DNA of 64,000 bases from Fibrobacteria bacterium (lineage in GTDB: Bacteria; Fibrobacterota; Fibrobacteria; UBA11236). This document shows positions 45,501 through 53,839 of the stretch, piece after piece (position 1 is the stretch's first letter; each line of letters starts with the position of its first letter). The position numbers and the translations under genes were made by a program. A model generated the notes under the pieces. That model was not told the origin of the DNA, searched no databases, and saw only the letters and a program-made list of their open reading frames with translations. The DNA lies in NCBI GenBank assembly GCA_050486505.1, contig JBJHDK010000001.1:12674-76673 (forward strand), written 5' to 3'.

Positions 45501-45974
45501 TTCATCGTGTCCGAAATCGCCCAAGCCCCGCACCTGGGCCGAGTGATCGTGCGCGTCGACAAGGACCTCAGGTTCGCCGGCAGCGACTGGGACATCCCGC
45601 TTGAGGAAGGCGACGTGATCCAGGTGGGGCCGCGCGTGAGCACGGTCTCCATCCTCGGCGAGGTGTACTCGCCCACCACCGTGATCCACACCCGTTCCAC
45701 CAACACGGTGGGCAAGAGCCTCAACCGCGCGGGCGGGGTGAACAACTACGGTGACTACAAGAACACCTATTACGTCGACCCCGACGGAACCATCTCCACC
45801 CCGCGCACCACTGCCTGGTTCATGAGCTTCCGCGCCAAGCGGGTGCACCCCGGCGGCAGCGTGATCGTGCCGCTCAAGCCCCCGCCCAAGGACTACCTCG
45901 AGGCCTGGGTGCGCGGTACGCAGGTGCTCTACCAGCTGGCCATTACCGTGGGCGTGGCGAGGAACCTCTTTTGA
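42525..45974 (+). CDS. Very large polysaccharide export protein (Wza/KpsD-like Poly_export domain plus many SLBB repeats)
   Basis: GTG start 7 nt after AAAGGAG gives the signal peptide VNRLLLAACALLIAAPFSPEAQV. The PEYVLSAGDQIELYIWG..DGMFKFLPL..VAGMTFLEAQ core is followed by repeated ~95-aa units (VxIxGxVxxPGxY...SDLIxxAGGL). Confidence 0.85.
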   Translation: MNRLLLAACALLIAAPFSPEAQVTPAPEQIERALDAIQSGELQLTPDLIDRARQEYPELRDVPDSEIRSRAEELRQNTPEDAAGRRQQAEDLAGELEDFTDEMEEFPAENGEEVAENGEANEELTRQEGETESEFLSRRESDVRGQGVGPGGRFPFGSRRFGADFFNNAQLGEGLGPNAPTLPEYVLSAGDQIELYIWGRESRSLTVTLDKDGMFKFLPLEPFRVAGMTFLEAQELITNEIEKIAGLRVSVGLGRVQSIRVMVVGEATRPGSYVLPGGITVTGALFRSGGVSSIGSMRNIEVRRGNEIAVRFDLYDILLKGDVSGDIQLLPGDVIFVPIAKKQVAVQGTVKRPAIYEVPNNFRALDAVELAGGLASTAHKGRIRLDRIEGNKRKVVLDVDMEKVTPRTNAVLEDGDILFVDRVLDRLEQVVYLTGNVNRPGRYQYTPGMTVRDLIKSRDDLRPETFFEYGHIRRPSPEDDRPTLLNFSLRDVLDGSARVQLQPRDEVVIYNRYQVLERPSVRITGSVRNGGEFLYKEGMQISDLVILAGGLTDAYLPETHLRRAVYDAERDTTFVRLIRINLREVLENPKSEANLRVNPFDSYTIFSRSQFEPSNPVSIAGPVRRTGTFSLADSMRITDLIVQAGGLAEAAHTLEAHLRRRVYDTERDTTYTELTRVNLRRALETPGGEHDLVLRPHDALRVFSRRLFEPSRSVAITGAVANPGRYSMVEQMRVSDLIVLAGGLRDAHLLEAHLTRRVPVPERDSSYLTLVRVNLKEAIEDPESWENITLRPFDSLRVLPRSQFQFGRSVTIRGSVRSPGDYKLVEEMDIPALINIAGGLTKSSFKLEIEVVRRNIVADSVMTRTLKRLRLVDILEGKEGFALQDGDGIYIRDIVQYRERTTVTLQGEFNFPGVYEFVPGETISSVIKRAGGFTPEAYVRGTVFLRQSVRDQQLRHAEEVGRRVESQLQAALLQATRDADRTLISAAIQRNSFIVSEIAQAPHLGRVIVRVDKDLRFAGSDWDIPLEEGDVIQVGPRVSTVSILGEVYSPTTVIHTRSTNTVGKSLNRAGGVNNYGDYKNTYYVDPDGTISTPRTTAWFMSFRAKRVHPGGSVIVPLKPPPKDYLEAWVRGTQVLYQLAITVGVARNLF

Positions 45975-46921
45975 GCGCCCCCGCCCCGCACTCCGATTCG
46001 CGACCCGACTCCCGTCCCGAGTCGCGGCCCGCCGGAGACGTCCTGGAAGGCGCCGCCGGGCCCGAAGATTTCGACGTCGTCAAGTGGTTGCTGCTCCTGT
46101 GGGCGCGGCGCAAATGGATTCTGGCTTCGGCCATGCTGTGCGGATTGCTGGGAACAATCGTGGCTTACCACACCGAGCCTGTCTATCGTGCCGACACCAT
46201 TTTGACGCCGCGCGCAGAATCGGGGTCGGCGCGCGTGCTGTCGCAGTTGGGCGGCCTCGGCCGGATCATGGCGACCTCGATCGAGGCGGGCAACACTCCC
46301 TTGGATCGTCTCGAGTTGATTGCCACCAGTCGCAGCCTCGCCCTTTCGATCATCGAGAACGAGCCGGAGTATTTGCAAGTCCTTTTCCCCCATCTCTGGG
46401 ACGAAGAGCGGGGTGAATGGCGGAGCGGCCGGGAGCCCAACAGGTTCTCCGCAGCCATGATGTTGCGGGGACGTTTCCTGACCGTGACGACGGATCGTCG
46501 CAAGAACGTGATGAACCTTCACATCGAGGCTCCCGATCCCGAGCTGGCCTTTCGCCTCGTGAACAGCTACATCAACGGGATGAACGTGTACATTCGCGAG
46601 AGCGTGCGCCGCTCGGCCGCGCAAAGTCGGGAGTATCTCGAGTCCGAACTCGGGGTGAACCACGATCCCCGCATCCGCAACCAGATCATCCAGCTCATCG
46701 CCAACGAGATTGAAAAAGCGGCTCTCGTGGCGGCCCAGTCCTTCGATGTCGTCGAGGCGGTCTGGATGCCGCGCGCCCCGATCAAGCCCCAAAAGAAGCG
46801 CATTATCCAGATCGCGATTCTCGCCGGTTTTCTGCTCGGCCCCCTGGGGGTTATCGCGTTCGAGAAGGGAAGGGACATTCAAGCCTACCTTCGCTCCCGT
46901 ATCCGAAAGCTGGAGGGGTGA
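45971..46921 (+). CDS. Wzz-type chain-length determinant protein (no kinase domain)
   Basis: TTGA overlap with the exporter stop. N-terminal TM (WILASAMLCGLLGTIVAY) followed by YRADTIL, a coiled periplasmic part, and a C-terminal TM IQIAILAGFLLGPLGVIAF. Confidence 0.7.
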   Translation: MSAPAPHSDSRPDSRPESRPAGDVLEGAAGPEDFDVVKWLLLLWARRKWILASAMLCGLLGTIVAYHTEPVYRADTILTPRAESGSARVLSQLGGLGRIMATSIEAGNTPLDRLELIATSRSLALSIIENEPEYLQVLFPHLWDEERGEWRSGREPNRFSAAMMLRGRFLTVTTDRRKNVMNLHIEAPDPELAFRLVNSYINGMNVYIRESVRRSAAQSREYLESELGVNHDPRIRNQIIQLIANEIEKAALVAAQSFDVVEAVWMPRAPIKPQKKRIIQIAILAGFLLGPLGVIAFEKGRDIQAYLRSRIRKLEG

Positions 46922-46991
46922 TCTGGGCCCCGGTCGTTCAATGATGCATTCGGGGGTGGCTTCCGGTTCCGCCCTAGCCGGGATCTGAGCG

Positions 46992-48965
46992 ATGTGCGGT
47001 ATCGCCGGCTTTCTGGGTTCCCCTGAACCGCACTCCGGAGCTTTTCACCACAGCGTGACCCGCATGGCCAACGCCCTGCGGCACCGCGGTCCCGACGCCG
47101 ATGGCGTCTGGACCGATGCCGGTAACGGGGTGGGGCTGGGCCACCGCCGCCTCTCCATCGTCGAACTGTCTCCCGAAGGTTCCCAGCCCATGGTCTCAGC
47201 CGACGAGCGCCACGTACTCGTCTTTAACGGCGAGATCTACAACCATGACATCATCCGCAAAGAACTGCAAGATGGGGGTACGACCTTCCGCGGGCACTCC
47301 GACACCCGGGTACTCGTGGAGGCCATCGCCCGCTGGGGGGTGGAGGGCGCGCTCTCCCGTTGCACCGGTATGTTCGCCTTCGCCGTGTGGGACCGTTACG
47401 AGCGGGTGCTGGCCCTGGCCCGTGACCGCATGGGAGAGAAACCCCTGTACTACGGATGGTTGGGAGATACGTTTCTTTTCGGCTCCGAACTCAAGGCATT
47501 GCGGGCTCACCCCGTGTGGAAAGAGCGAGGGGGTGGCGTCGATCGCAACGCGCTCGCGGCATATCTGCGCCACAACTACATCCCCGCACCGCTGAGCATT
47601 TACAACGACATTCGCAAACTGGAACCGGGCGCGCTGCTGAGTGTGCGGGCCGATCGCCCCGGCGTCGTGGAACAAAAAGAATACTGGAGCCTCGCTGCCG
47701 TCGCGCTGGAGGGCGTAGCGAACCCCTTTCGCGGCGACGCGGGTGAAGCCGCCGACGCGTTCGGCCGGCTCCTGGAGGCCTCCATCGCTCGCCAGATGGT
47801 GGCCGATGTCCCCCTGGGCGCCTTTCTCTCGGGCGGGGTCGATTCCTCCGCGGTGGCGGCGCTCATGGTCAAGGCGCAGGCACAAGGTTCGCGCTCCGTG
47901 CGCACCTTCACCATCGGGTTTCATGAGAAGAGCGTGAACGAGTCGGAGTTCGCCAGGACTGTGGCCTCGCATCTCGGCACGGACCACACGGAAATGTTCG
48001 TGAGCGGCGCCGATGCGCTTGCCACGGTTCCGCGCCTGCCGGAGATTTACGACGAACCCTTCGGCGACAGCTCCGCCATTCCCACCGTGCTGCTCTCCGC
48101 GCTCACCCGCCGCCACGTCACCGTGGCGCTCTCGGGCGACGGGGCCGACGAATTGCTGGCGGGGTATACGCGCTACGAACAGGGGGAGCGGATCCGGCGC
48201 GTGCATGCCGCCTTGCCCGCAGCTGCGCGTCAGGGCCTCGGGGGCTTGGCGACGGCGGTAGCCGCGACGCTCTCCCGCATTCCCGCAGGTTTCGAGGAAC
48301 GTCTTCCCGCGCGCCTGCGCAGCCTGAACGTGCCCACCCGTCTGCGCACCTTGCGCGACTTGCTCGCCTGCAAGACGGATGAAGCCCTGTATTCTCACCT
48401 GATTTCGCTATGGCGACACCCCAATGAGATCGCATTGGGGGTCGAGCGGGCGGCTGTGCCGGCGGGAGGGACGACCGGTCGCGAACATGCCGGGGAATTT
48501 TTGCGCTCCATGCAGCTCCACGACCAGCTCATCTATCTCCCCGATGACATCATGGTCAAGGTGGATCGCGCTTCGATGGCTGCAAGTCTCGAAACGCGCG
48601 CCCCCCTGCTTGACCACGCACTCGTCGAGTTTGCATGGACCTTGCCTCCCGCCCTGTTGCGTACCGAAGCGGGGCTTTCGAAGGGGCCCCTGCGCAACGT
48701 GCTGTACCGGCACGTGCCCCCCCGTCTCATCGAGCGCCCCAAGAAGGGATTCGGCGTTCCCTTGGCGAGCTGGCTGCGCGGTCCGCTGCGTGATTGGGCA
48801 GAAGCCTTGCTTTCGGAAAACCGGCTGCGCCACGAGGGCTTTCTCGACCCCGTGCGCGTGCGGGCGGGATGGAAAAAGTTCCTTGCCGGCGCCTGGCACG
48901 GCGAGAACTACCTCTGGAATTTGCTCATGTTTCAGGCATGGCTCGAACGCGAGAACGGGGGATGA
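46992..48965 (+). CDS. asnB: Asparagine synthase (glutamine-hydrolysing), EPS-locus type
   Basis: MCGIAGF Ntn nucleophile, PP-loop SGGVDSS, 657 aa. Confidence 0.85.
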   Translation: MCGIAGFLGSPEPHSGAFHHSVTRMANALRHRGPDADGVWTDAGNGVGLGHRRLSIVELSPEGSQPMVSADERHVLVFNGEIYNHDIIRKELQDGGTTFRGHSDTRVLVEAIARWGVEGALSRCTGMFAFAVWDRYERVLALARDRMGEKPLYYGWLGDTFLFGSELKALRAHPVWKERGGGVDRNALAAYLRHNYIPAPLSIYNDIRKLEPGALLSVRADRPGVVEQKEYWSLAAVALEGVANPFRGDAGEAADAFGRLLEASIARQMVADVPLGAFLSGGVDSSAVAALMVKAQAQGSRSVRTFTIGFHEKSVNESEFARTVASHLGTDHTEMFVSGADALATVPRLPEIYDEPFGDSSAIPTVLLSALTRRHVTVALSGDGADELLAGYTRYEQGERIRRVHAALPAAARQGLGGLATAVAATLSRIPAGFEERLPARLRSLNVPTRLRTLRDLLACKTDEALYSHLISLWRHPNEIALGVERAAVPAGGTTGREHAGEFLRSMQLHDQLIYLPDDIMVKVDRASMAASLETRAPLLDHALVEFAWTLPPALLRTEAGLSKGPLRNVLYRHVPPRLIERPKKGFGVPLASWLRGPLRDWAEALLSENRLRHEGFLDPVRVRAGWKKFLAGAWHGENYLWNLLMFQAWLERENGG

Positions 48966-50473
48966 GTTCCCGGCGCGAGTCCTTTCTCGGGGCCCTGGTC
49001 TCGTCCACCCTGTGGCGGGTGCTCGACCGCTTCACGGGCCTGCTCAAACACATCCTGATCGCGGCACTCATCGGTCTCACCGGGCAGCTCGACGCCTTTT
49101 ACATGGCGCTGGCCATTCTCGGGGTGCTGGTGTTCGCCTGGGCCGAGGTGGCCGACGTGATCGCCGTGCCGCGCATGGCGGAGTGGTCGGTGCGCGGGGA
49201 CGTGGAGCCGCTGCAGCGCGCGGCGGCGGGCCTGTTCTCCCTGAGCCTCGGCCTGGGTGCGGCCATGGCCCTGCTGTGGTGGGTGGCCGTGCCCTGGATC
49301 GCGTTGCTGGCCCCGGGGTTCTCGCCCGAGCAGCGCGTCTTGCTCGAGTCGGCCCTCGCCTGGTTCACCCCCGTGGTACTGCTGTACCCCGCCTACCGCC
49401 AGCTGGGAGGGATGCTGCGCGCCGTGCGCCGCTTCTCCCTGTTCTACAAGGGCGAACTGCTGATCTCGGTGACCGTGCTGGCCTGCATCTTCTTCTTCGG
49501 CGGCTCGCCCACCGTGCTGTTCTGGTCGTATGCCGCGGGGATCGGGGCCGGGTTCCTCTACCTGCTGGCCCATGCGGCCTTTGCCTTCCGCCTTTTGGCC
49601 GGTCCCCGGAGAGCCCTGGAAGCCGTGCGCGGCCTGCTCGGGCAGGCTCCCATGCTGATTCTTCTCAACGCGGTGACGGGGGCCACCGTGCTCATCGACC
49701 GCGTGTTCGTGTCCTTCCTTCCCGAGGGGAGCATGGGGGCCCTGGCGTATGCATTGATCGCCACCGGGCTGGCCGCCTCGCTGCTGCGCCCCGGCACCTC
49801 CTTCGTCACCGTCTTCGCCGAAGCGCAGGGCGACCCCGACCGGCAGGGACGGCTGTTCGACGACACGCTCATCCTGATGATCGTGACGGGCATTCCCGTT
49901 TCCGCGGCGCTGCTGGCCTTCGCCGACCCCCTGCTGGCGCTGGCCGCGGGATGGGGCGTGCTGCGCGCCCAGGACGTCGGCCCGTTGATCCTGGCGACTC
50001 TCGGCATGGGTGCGGGTGCGATGCCGCTGCTCTTGCTCTATGTGCTCGACCAGGTCTTTCTCGTCAAGAAGCGTCTGGGAACCCTGTTGCTGCGGACCAC
50101 GGTGGGGTTGTTGCTGAACGCCATCCTCAATGCGCTGGTGGTGTTCGTGCTGGGGTGGGGCGTATGGGGCATCGGCGCGGCCACGGCGGTGAGTTATTGG
50201 ACCATGGCCCTGCTTGCGCTGGGACGTGTGCCGGGATTGGGGGTTCGCTTCGATGCGCGCGGCGCGATCGTGCAACTAGTGAAGACCGTATTGGTCTCCG
50301 GCGCCATTGCCGTTGCGGGACGCATGCTCGTCGATGCCCTGCCGCACACGGCGTGGATCCTTCCGGTGCTGGCAGGCTATGTCGTGCTGGTTGCGACGGG
50401 CTTGATGCTTGCCGGAGGGCGAGGGGGGGAGTTGGCGAAAGCGGCGGTGGGGAGACTGGGAATTAAGAATTGA
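48962..50473 (+). CDS. MurJ/MviN-like MOP-superfamily flippase
   Basis: ATGA overlap with asnB. About 14 TM segments, N-terminal LLKHILIAALIGLTGQLDAFYMA pattern as in MurJ. The ORF-track start at 48794 lies inside asnB and was trimmed. Confidence 0.7.
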   Translation: MSSRRESFLGALVSSTLWRVLDRFTGLLKHILIAALIGLTGQLDAFYMALAILGVLVFAWAEVADVIAVPRMAEWSVRGDVEPLQRAAAGLFSLSLGLGAAMALLWWVAVPWIALLAPGFSPEQRVLLESALAWFTPVVLLYPAYRQLGGMLRAVRRFSLFYKGELLISVTVLACIFFFGGSPTVLFWSYAAGIGAGFLYLLAHAAFAFRLLAGPRRALEAVRGLLGQAPMLILLNAVTGATVLIDRVFVSFLPEGSMGALAYALIATGLAASLLRPGTSFVTVFAEAQGDPDRQGRLFDDTLILMIVTGIPVSAALLAFADPLLALAAGWGVLRAQDVGPLILATLGMGAGAMPLLLLYVLDQVFLVKKRLGTLLLRTTVGLLLNAILNALVVFVLGWGVWGIGAATAVSYWTMALLALGRVPGLGVRFDARGAIVQLVKTVLVSGAIAVAGRMLVDALPHTAWILPVLAGYVVLVATGLMLAGGRGGELAKAAVGRLGIKN

Positions 50474-50618
50474 GAATTAAGAATTAAGAATTGGGAATTG
50501 GGAGAGAGACGTGATAAAACACGAAGATCGGCGATGCGTTCACAATGTTCATGGACACTTCACTCAAGCACAACACCTGTGTTCAATTCCTAATTCTTAA
50601 TTCGTAATTCTCAACTCC
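50459..50618. repeat. Heptad-armed hairpin element (GAATTAA type)
   Basis: Left arm ggaattaagaattgagaattaagaattaagaattgggaattgggag (50459-50504). Right arm ttcaattcctaattcttaattcgtaattctcaactcc (50582-50618). The loop is about 77 nt. The flippase stop lies inside the left arm. Confidence 0.85.
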
Positions 50619-50643
50619 ACTCCACCCCACACGAGGCCCTCCC

Positions 50644-51420
50644 ATGAAATCCCCCATCTCCTTCTCTTTCGGCAAGAACTGGAAGAACCTCAATCGCGTG
50701 CTGACGCAAGAGGACATCGACAAGGCCCGCGCGGATCTGGTTTACTGGGTCGGTGAAGAAAACATCCGCGGCAAGGAGGTGCTCGACATTGGCTCGGGGT
50801 CGGGGATCCATTCGCTGGGAATGTTGCGGGTGGGAGCGTCCCGCATCACCTCGTTCGACTACGATCCGCACAGCGTGGAGGCGACCCGGCAGCATTGGGA
50901 AGATGCAGGAAGGCCGGAGCGTTGGACGGTCATGCACGGTTCGGTACTTGATGACACTTTTCTGGCGACACTTCCGCAATTCGACCTGGTCTATTCCTGG
51001 GGCGTATTGCACCACACCGGGGACATGTGGCGGGCCATTCGCAATGCGCTGGGCAAAGTGAAACCGGGTGGGCTGTTTTACATCACCCTCTACAACGACA
51101 GAAACTATGCCGGTTCGCTGGCCCTCAAGCAACGCTACAATGCGGCGTCGAATCTCGGCAAGCGCCTGATGGAGGCGAAGTGGATCGCCAAGCTCATGGC
51201 ACGGCGCCTGCTCAACGGAAAAAACCCCTTCGCCTGGAACGAGAAGAAAGTGCGTGGCATGAATGCGTACCACGACATCGTGGACTGGCTGGGCGGGCTT
51301 CCCTACGAGATTGCCAACGAAGACGAGATGCTGCGCTTCGGGCATGAGAACGGACTTTCCTTGCGCAGGATTTGGTGCCGGGAGGATTGTCATTATTACC
51401 TGTTCCGGAGGGAGGGGTGA
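50644..51420 (+). CDS. Class I SAM-dependent methyltransferase
   Basis: VLDIGSGSGIHSL motif I, WGVLHHTGD, KPGGLFYITL. Confidence 0.8.
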   Translation: MKSPISFSFGKNWKNLNRVLTQEDIDKARADLVYWVGEENIRGKEVLDIGSGSGIHSLGMLRVGASRITSFDYDPHSVEATRQHWEDAGRPERWTVMHGSVLDDTFLATLPQFDLVYSWGVLHHTGDMWRAIRNALGKVKPGGLFYITLYNDRNYAGSLALKQRYNAASNLGKRLMEAKWIAKLMARRLLNGKNPFAWNEKKVRGMNAYHDIVDWLGGLPYEIANEDEMLRFGHENGLSLRRIWCREDCHYYLFRREG

Positions 51421-51643
51421 GAATTGAGAATTAAGAATTAGGAATTAAGAATTAAGAATGAGGAGTGAAATGAATGCCGGAGATATACGATATCATGTGA
51501 TGCAGTTTTCTTTCCGGATAGCAGGGGAAGCCAGAAGCGGGATGGCACAGTGATTTATCGGCAATGCGCGCGGCACTTTCACAAAAGTCCCCCTGTGTTC
51601 AACTCTTAATTCCTAATTCCTAATTCTTAATTCTTAATTAAAA
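51421..51643. repeat. Heptad-armed hairpin element (GAATTAA type)
   Basis: Left arm gaattgagaattaagaattaggaattaagaattaagaatgaggagtg (51421-51467). Right arm ttcaactcttaattcctaattcctaattcttaattcttaattaaaa (51598-51643). The loop is about 130 nt. Confidence 0.85.
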
Positions 51644-51657
51644 CCGAGAACCTCCCT

Positions 51658-52809
51658 GTGCGCCTCACCCTTGTCATCCCTTCCCTCAATCCCGGTGGCG
51701 CGGAGCGTGTGCTGTCGGTCCTTGCGAACCATTGGGTCGCGCAGGGGCATGCGGTGACGGTGGTGACGTACGACGATCAGGGCGAGCCGCCTTTCTATGA
51801 TCTCGATTCACGTGTGGTTCACAGGGCCTTGAGGTTGGGTGGTGCTCGCGGAATCTTGCGTGGGATGTGGAACTTGTCCCGACGTGTTCGGGTGTTGCGC
51901 CGGGAAATCCTGGCATCAAAGCCCGATGCGGTGCTGAGCTTTATGGAAACCACCAATGTGCTGGCCCTGCTGGCGATGCTCGGTACCGGCATCCCGGTGA
52001 CGGTGGCGGAGCGCACCGATCCGCACAGGTATCGCCCCGGCCGGTTGTGGGACGTGCTTCGGCGTCTCCTCTACGGGAGGGCGCATGCGATCGTGACCCA
52101 GACGGAGCGGGCGGCGGAGTTTTTTCGCCCCAGGTGGAACGACCGCCTGCACGTGATTCCCAATCCCGTGCCGCCGCCCCCGGCCCCCGATTCCCTTGAT
52201 CCCCGTTTGCCGGTCTCCGGCCCCGCCATCGTGAGTGTGGGCAAGCTGGTGCACCTGAAGGGGTATGATGTGTTGGTGACGGCCTTCGCCAAGGTCGCTC
52301 CCCGGTATCCCGACTGGAACCTGGTGATTTATGGCGCGGGCGATCAGCTCAACACCCTCTCGGAATGGGCCGCGGCGCTCGGGGTGGGGGAGCGGGTGCA
52401 CTTTCCCGGTGTGACGCGCACGCCGTATGCCGTCATGCGTCAGGCCGGAGTGTTCGTGTTGTCTTCACGTTTCGAAGGGTTCCCGAACACGTTGTGCGAG
52501 GCCATGGCCTGCGGGTTGCCCGTGATCGCGACCGATTGCCCCAGCGGACCGCGCGAGATCGTGACCGACGGGGTGGACGGGCTGCTTGTTCCCAATGAGG
52601 ATGCGACAGCTCTGGCGGAGGCGCTGGAGCGGCTGATGTCTGACCCGGAACTGCGCGTGCGGTTGGGGAGGGCGGCGGAGAAGATTACGGAGCGGTTTTC
52701 CGTCGATTCCGTGGGGGAGAGGTGGGTGAGAGTTATGAGTTATGAGTCGGGAGTTGTGAGTGGTGAGCTAGGAGTGGGGGCAGAGCCAATACAAGGAGAA
52801 GACAGCTAA
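51658..52809 (+). CDS. Glycosyltransferase family 4 (GT-B)
   Basis: GTG start. MRLTLVIPSLNPGGAERV N-terminus and SSRFEGFPNTLCEAMACGLPVIATD (EX7E region). The last ~25 codons are read through a heptad array. Confidence 0.85.
   Translation: MRLTLVIPSLNPGGAERVLSVLANHWVAQGHAVTVVTYDDQGEPPFYDLDSRVVHRALRLGGARGILRGMWNLSRRVRVLRREILASKPDAVLSFMETTNVLALLAMLGTGIPVTVAERTDPHRYRPGRLWDVLRRLLYGRAHAIVTQTERAAEFFRPRWNDRLHVIPNPVPPPPAPDSLDPRLPVSGPAIVSVGKLVHLKGYDVLVTAFAKVAPRYPDWNLVIYGAGDQLNTLSEWAAALGVGERVHFPGVTRTPYAVMRQAGVFVLSSRFEGFPNTLCEAMACGLPVIATDCPSGPREIVTDGVDGLLVPNEDATALAEALERLMSDPELRVRLGRAAEKITERFSVDSVGERWVRVMSYESGVVSGELGVGAEPIQGEDS
52729..52777. repeat. Solo heptad array (GAGTTAT decaying to GAGTGGG) inside the 3' end of the GT4 gene
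   Basis: gagttat gagttat gagtcgg gagttgt gagtggt gagctag gagtggg. No complementary arm is nearby. Confidence 0.7.
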
Positions 52810-53669
52810 TACGCAATGATGCGCTTGAACGGCTTCTCTTCGATCCGGTACCCGTGCTCCTTGAGGATCCGTAGGAGTTTCGGGTGCTGCGGCTCGTTCT
52901 GAAAGTCGGTATGATAGGATGAAATCGTCCATACCGGACGGAATTTCCGGATCACCTCGACGGCTCCCCGCAAGGCGAGTTCCTCGGCTCCTTCGATGTC
53001 CATTTTGATCAGGTCGATTTTTTTGATGTCGTGTTCCCGGCAATACGAGTCGAGATCGGTTAGTGAGATCTTGCGCGTATTCGTGTAGTACCCGGTGGTA
53101 TACTCGCGATGGCAGATGCTTGAGTCGAGGCCGAAATCGGAGATTTCGATCTCGACATCACCTTTCTGGTCGGATACTCCCAATGGGTTCAGCGTGACGT
53201 TTCGGATCCCGTTCCGCTCGAGATTTCCCAGCATGGTGGCATGCACCACCGGCTCGAAGGCGTGGACACTTCCCCGTTCGCCAACCATCCGCGAGAAGAG
53301 CATGCTCGTTGTGCCGATGTTGGCGCCAAGGTCGAACACGACATCTCCCTGCTTGATACGGGCATTGCGGGAGAAAAAGTCGGGGATCACGAAGGTTTCA
53401 AAAACGACTTGAGCAGCACCCAGTCGGGCTTGCTCAAGATCCTTGACCTCGTAGTCGGGAAGAAAGGCGATTCGCACCCCGTCCAGTTCGAACATTTCTG
53501 GATCCGTGTTTCGGTCGAGTGCCCTGGCGAGCAGGGCCCGCGCTCCGGCAGTATTTCGATCCCGCTTCATCACGGCCCGAATACGGTCGGTCAATGGCAG
53601 ATGGCGACCCTTCAACAGAAAAACGGCGTCTTCACGGGCGCGGTCCAGAAGTTTTCTGAGGAGATGCAT
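52806..53669 (-). CDS. FkbM-family methyltransferase
   Basis: DVVFDLGANIGTTS, VHAFEP, IDLIKMDIEGAE. Start MHLLRKLL at 53669 is preferred, with 53738 as the alternative. G+C is lower than in the flanks. Confidence 0.75.
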   Translation of the reverse strand: MHLLRKLLDRAREDAVFLLKGRHLPLTDRIRAVMKRDRNTAGARALLARALDRNTDPEMFELDGVRIAFLPDYEVKDLEQARLGAAQVVFETFVIPDFFSRNARIKQGDVVFDLGANIGTTSMLFSRMVGERGSVHAFEPVVHATMLGNLERNGIRNVTLNPLGVSDQKGDVEIEISDFGLDSSICHREYTTGYYTNTRKISLTDLDSYCREHDIKKIDLIKMDIEGAEELALRGAVEVIRKFRPVWTISSYHTDFQNEPQHPKLLRILKEHGYRIEEKPFKRIIAY

Positions 53670-53839
53670 ACAGGCTTCCCGTCTATGGGGGTGCAGGCCG
53701 ACCGGGGGCTTCCCGACGTACGCAGCGAGATTTAACAAAACCGGCAGGCAAACCGGATCCCTTCACCGTTTGGCGCACCCACGGGCATTCTGGGGCGCTA
53801 TATTTGCCGCGTTCGATGCTTTTTCAATCGTGAGGCGCG

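Noticed and set aside
42933-45848. 971-aa minus-strand ORF, and likewise 40407..42266, 37521..39368, 17282..18517, 18779..20335, 20687..22048 and 48932..50275
   Set aside because: These are all antisense or out-of-frame shadows of genes with clear family motifs (exporter, WecA-like, TPR, smc, kinase, flippase). They are rich in Gly/Arg/His/Asp and have no motifs.
50459-51643. Interpretation of the heptad-armed elements as integron attC sites
   Set aside because: No intI/attI is in the window. The arms are tandem heptads, not R''-L''/L'-R' cores, although the right arms do begin GTTCAAT. Most copies lie between housekeeping genes in various orientations. I keep this only as a loose analogy.
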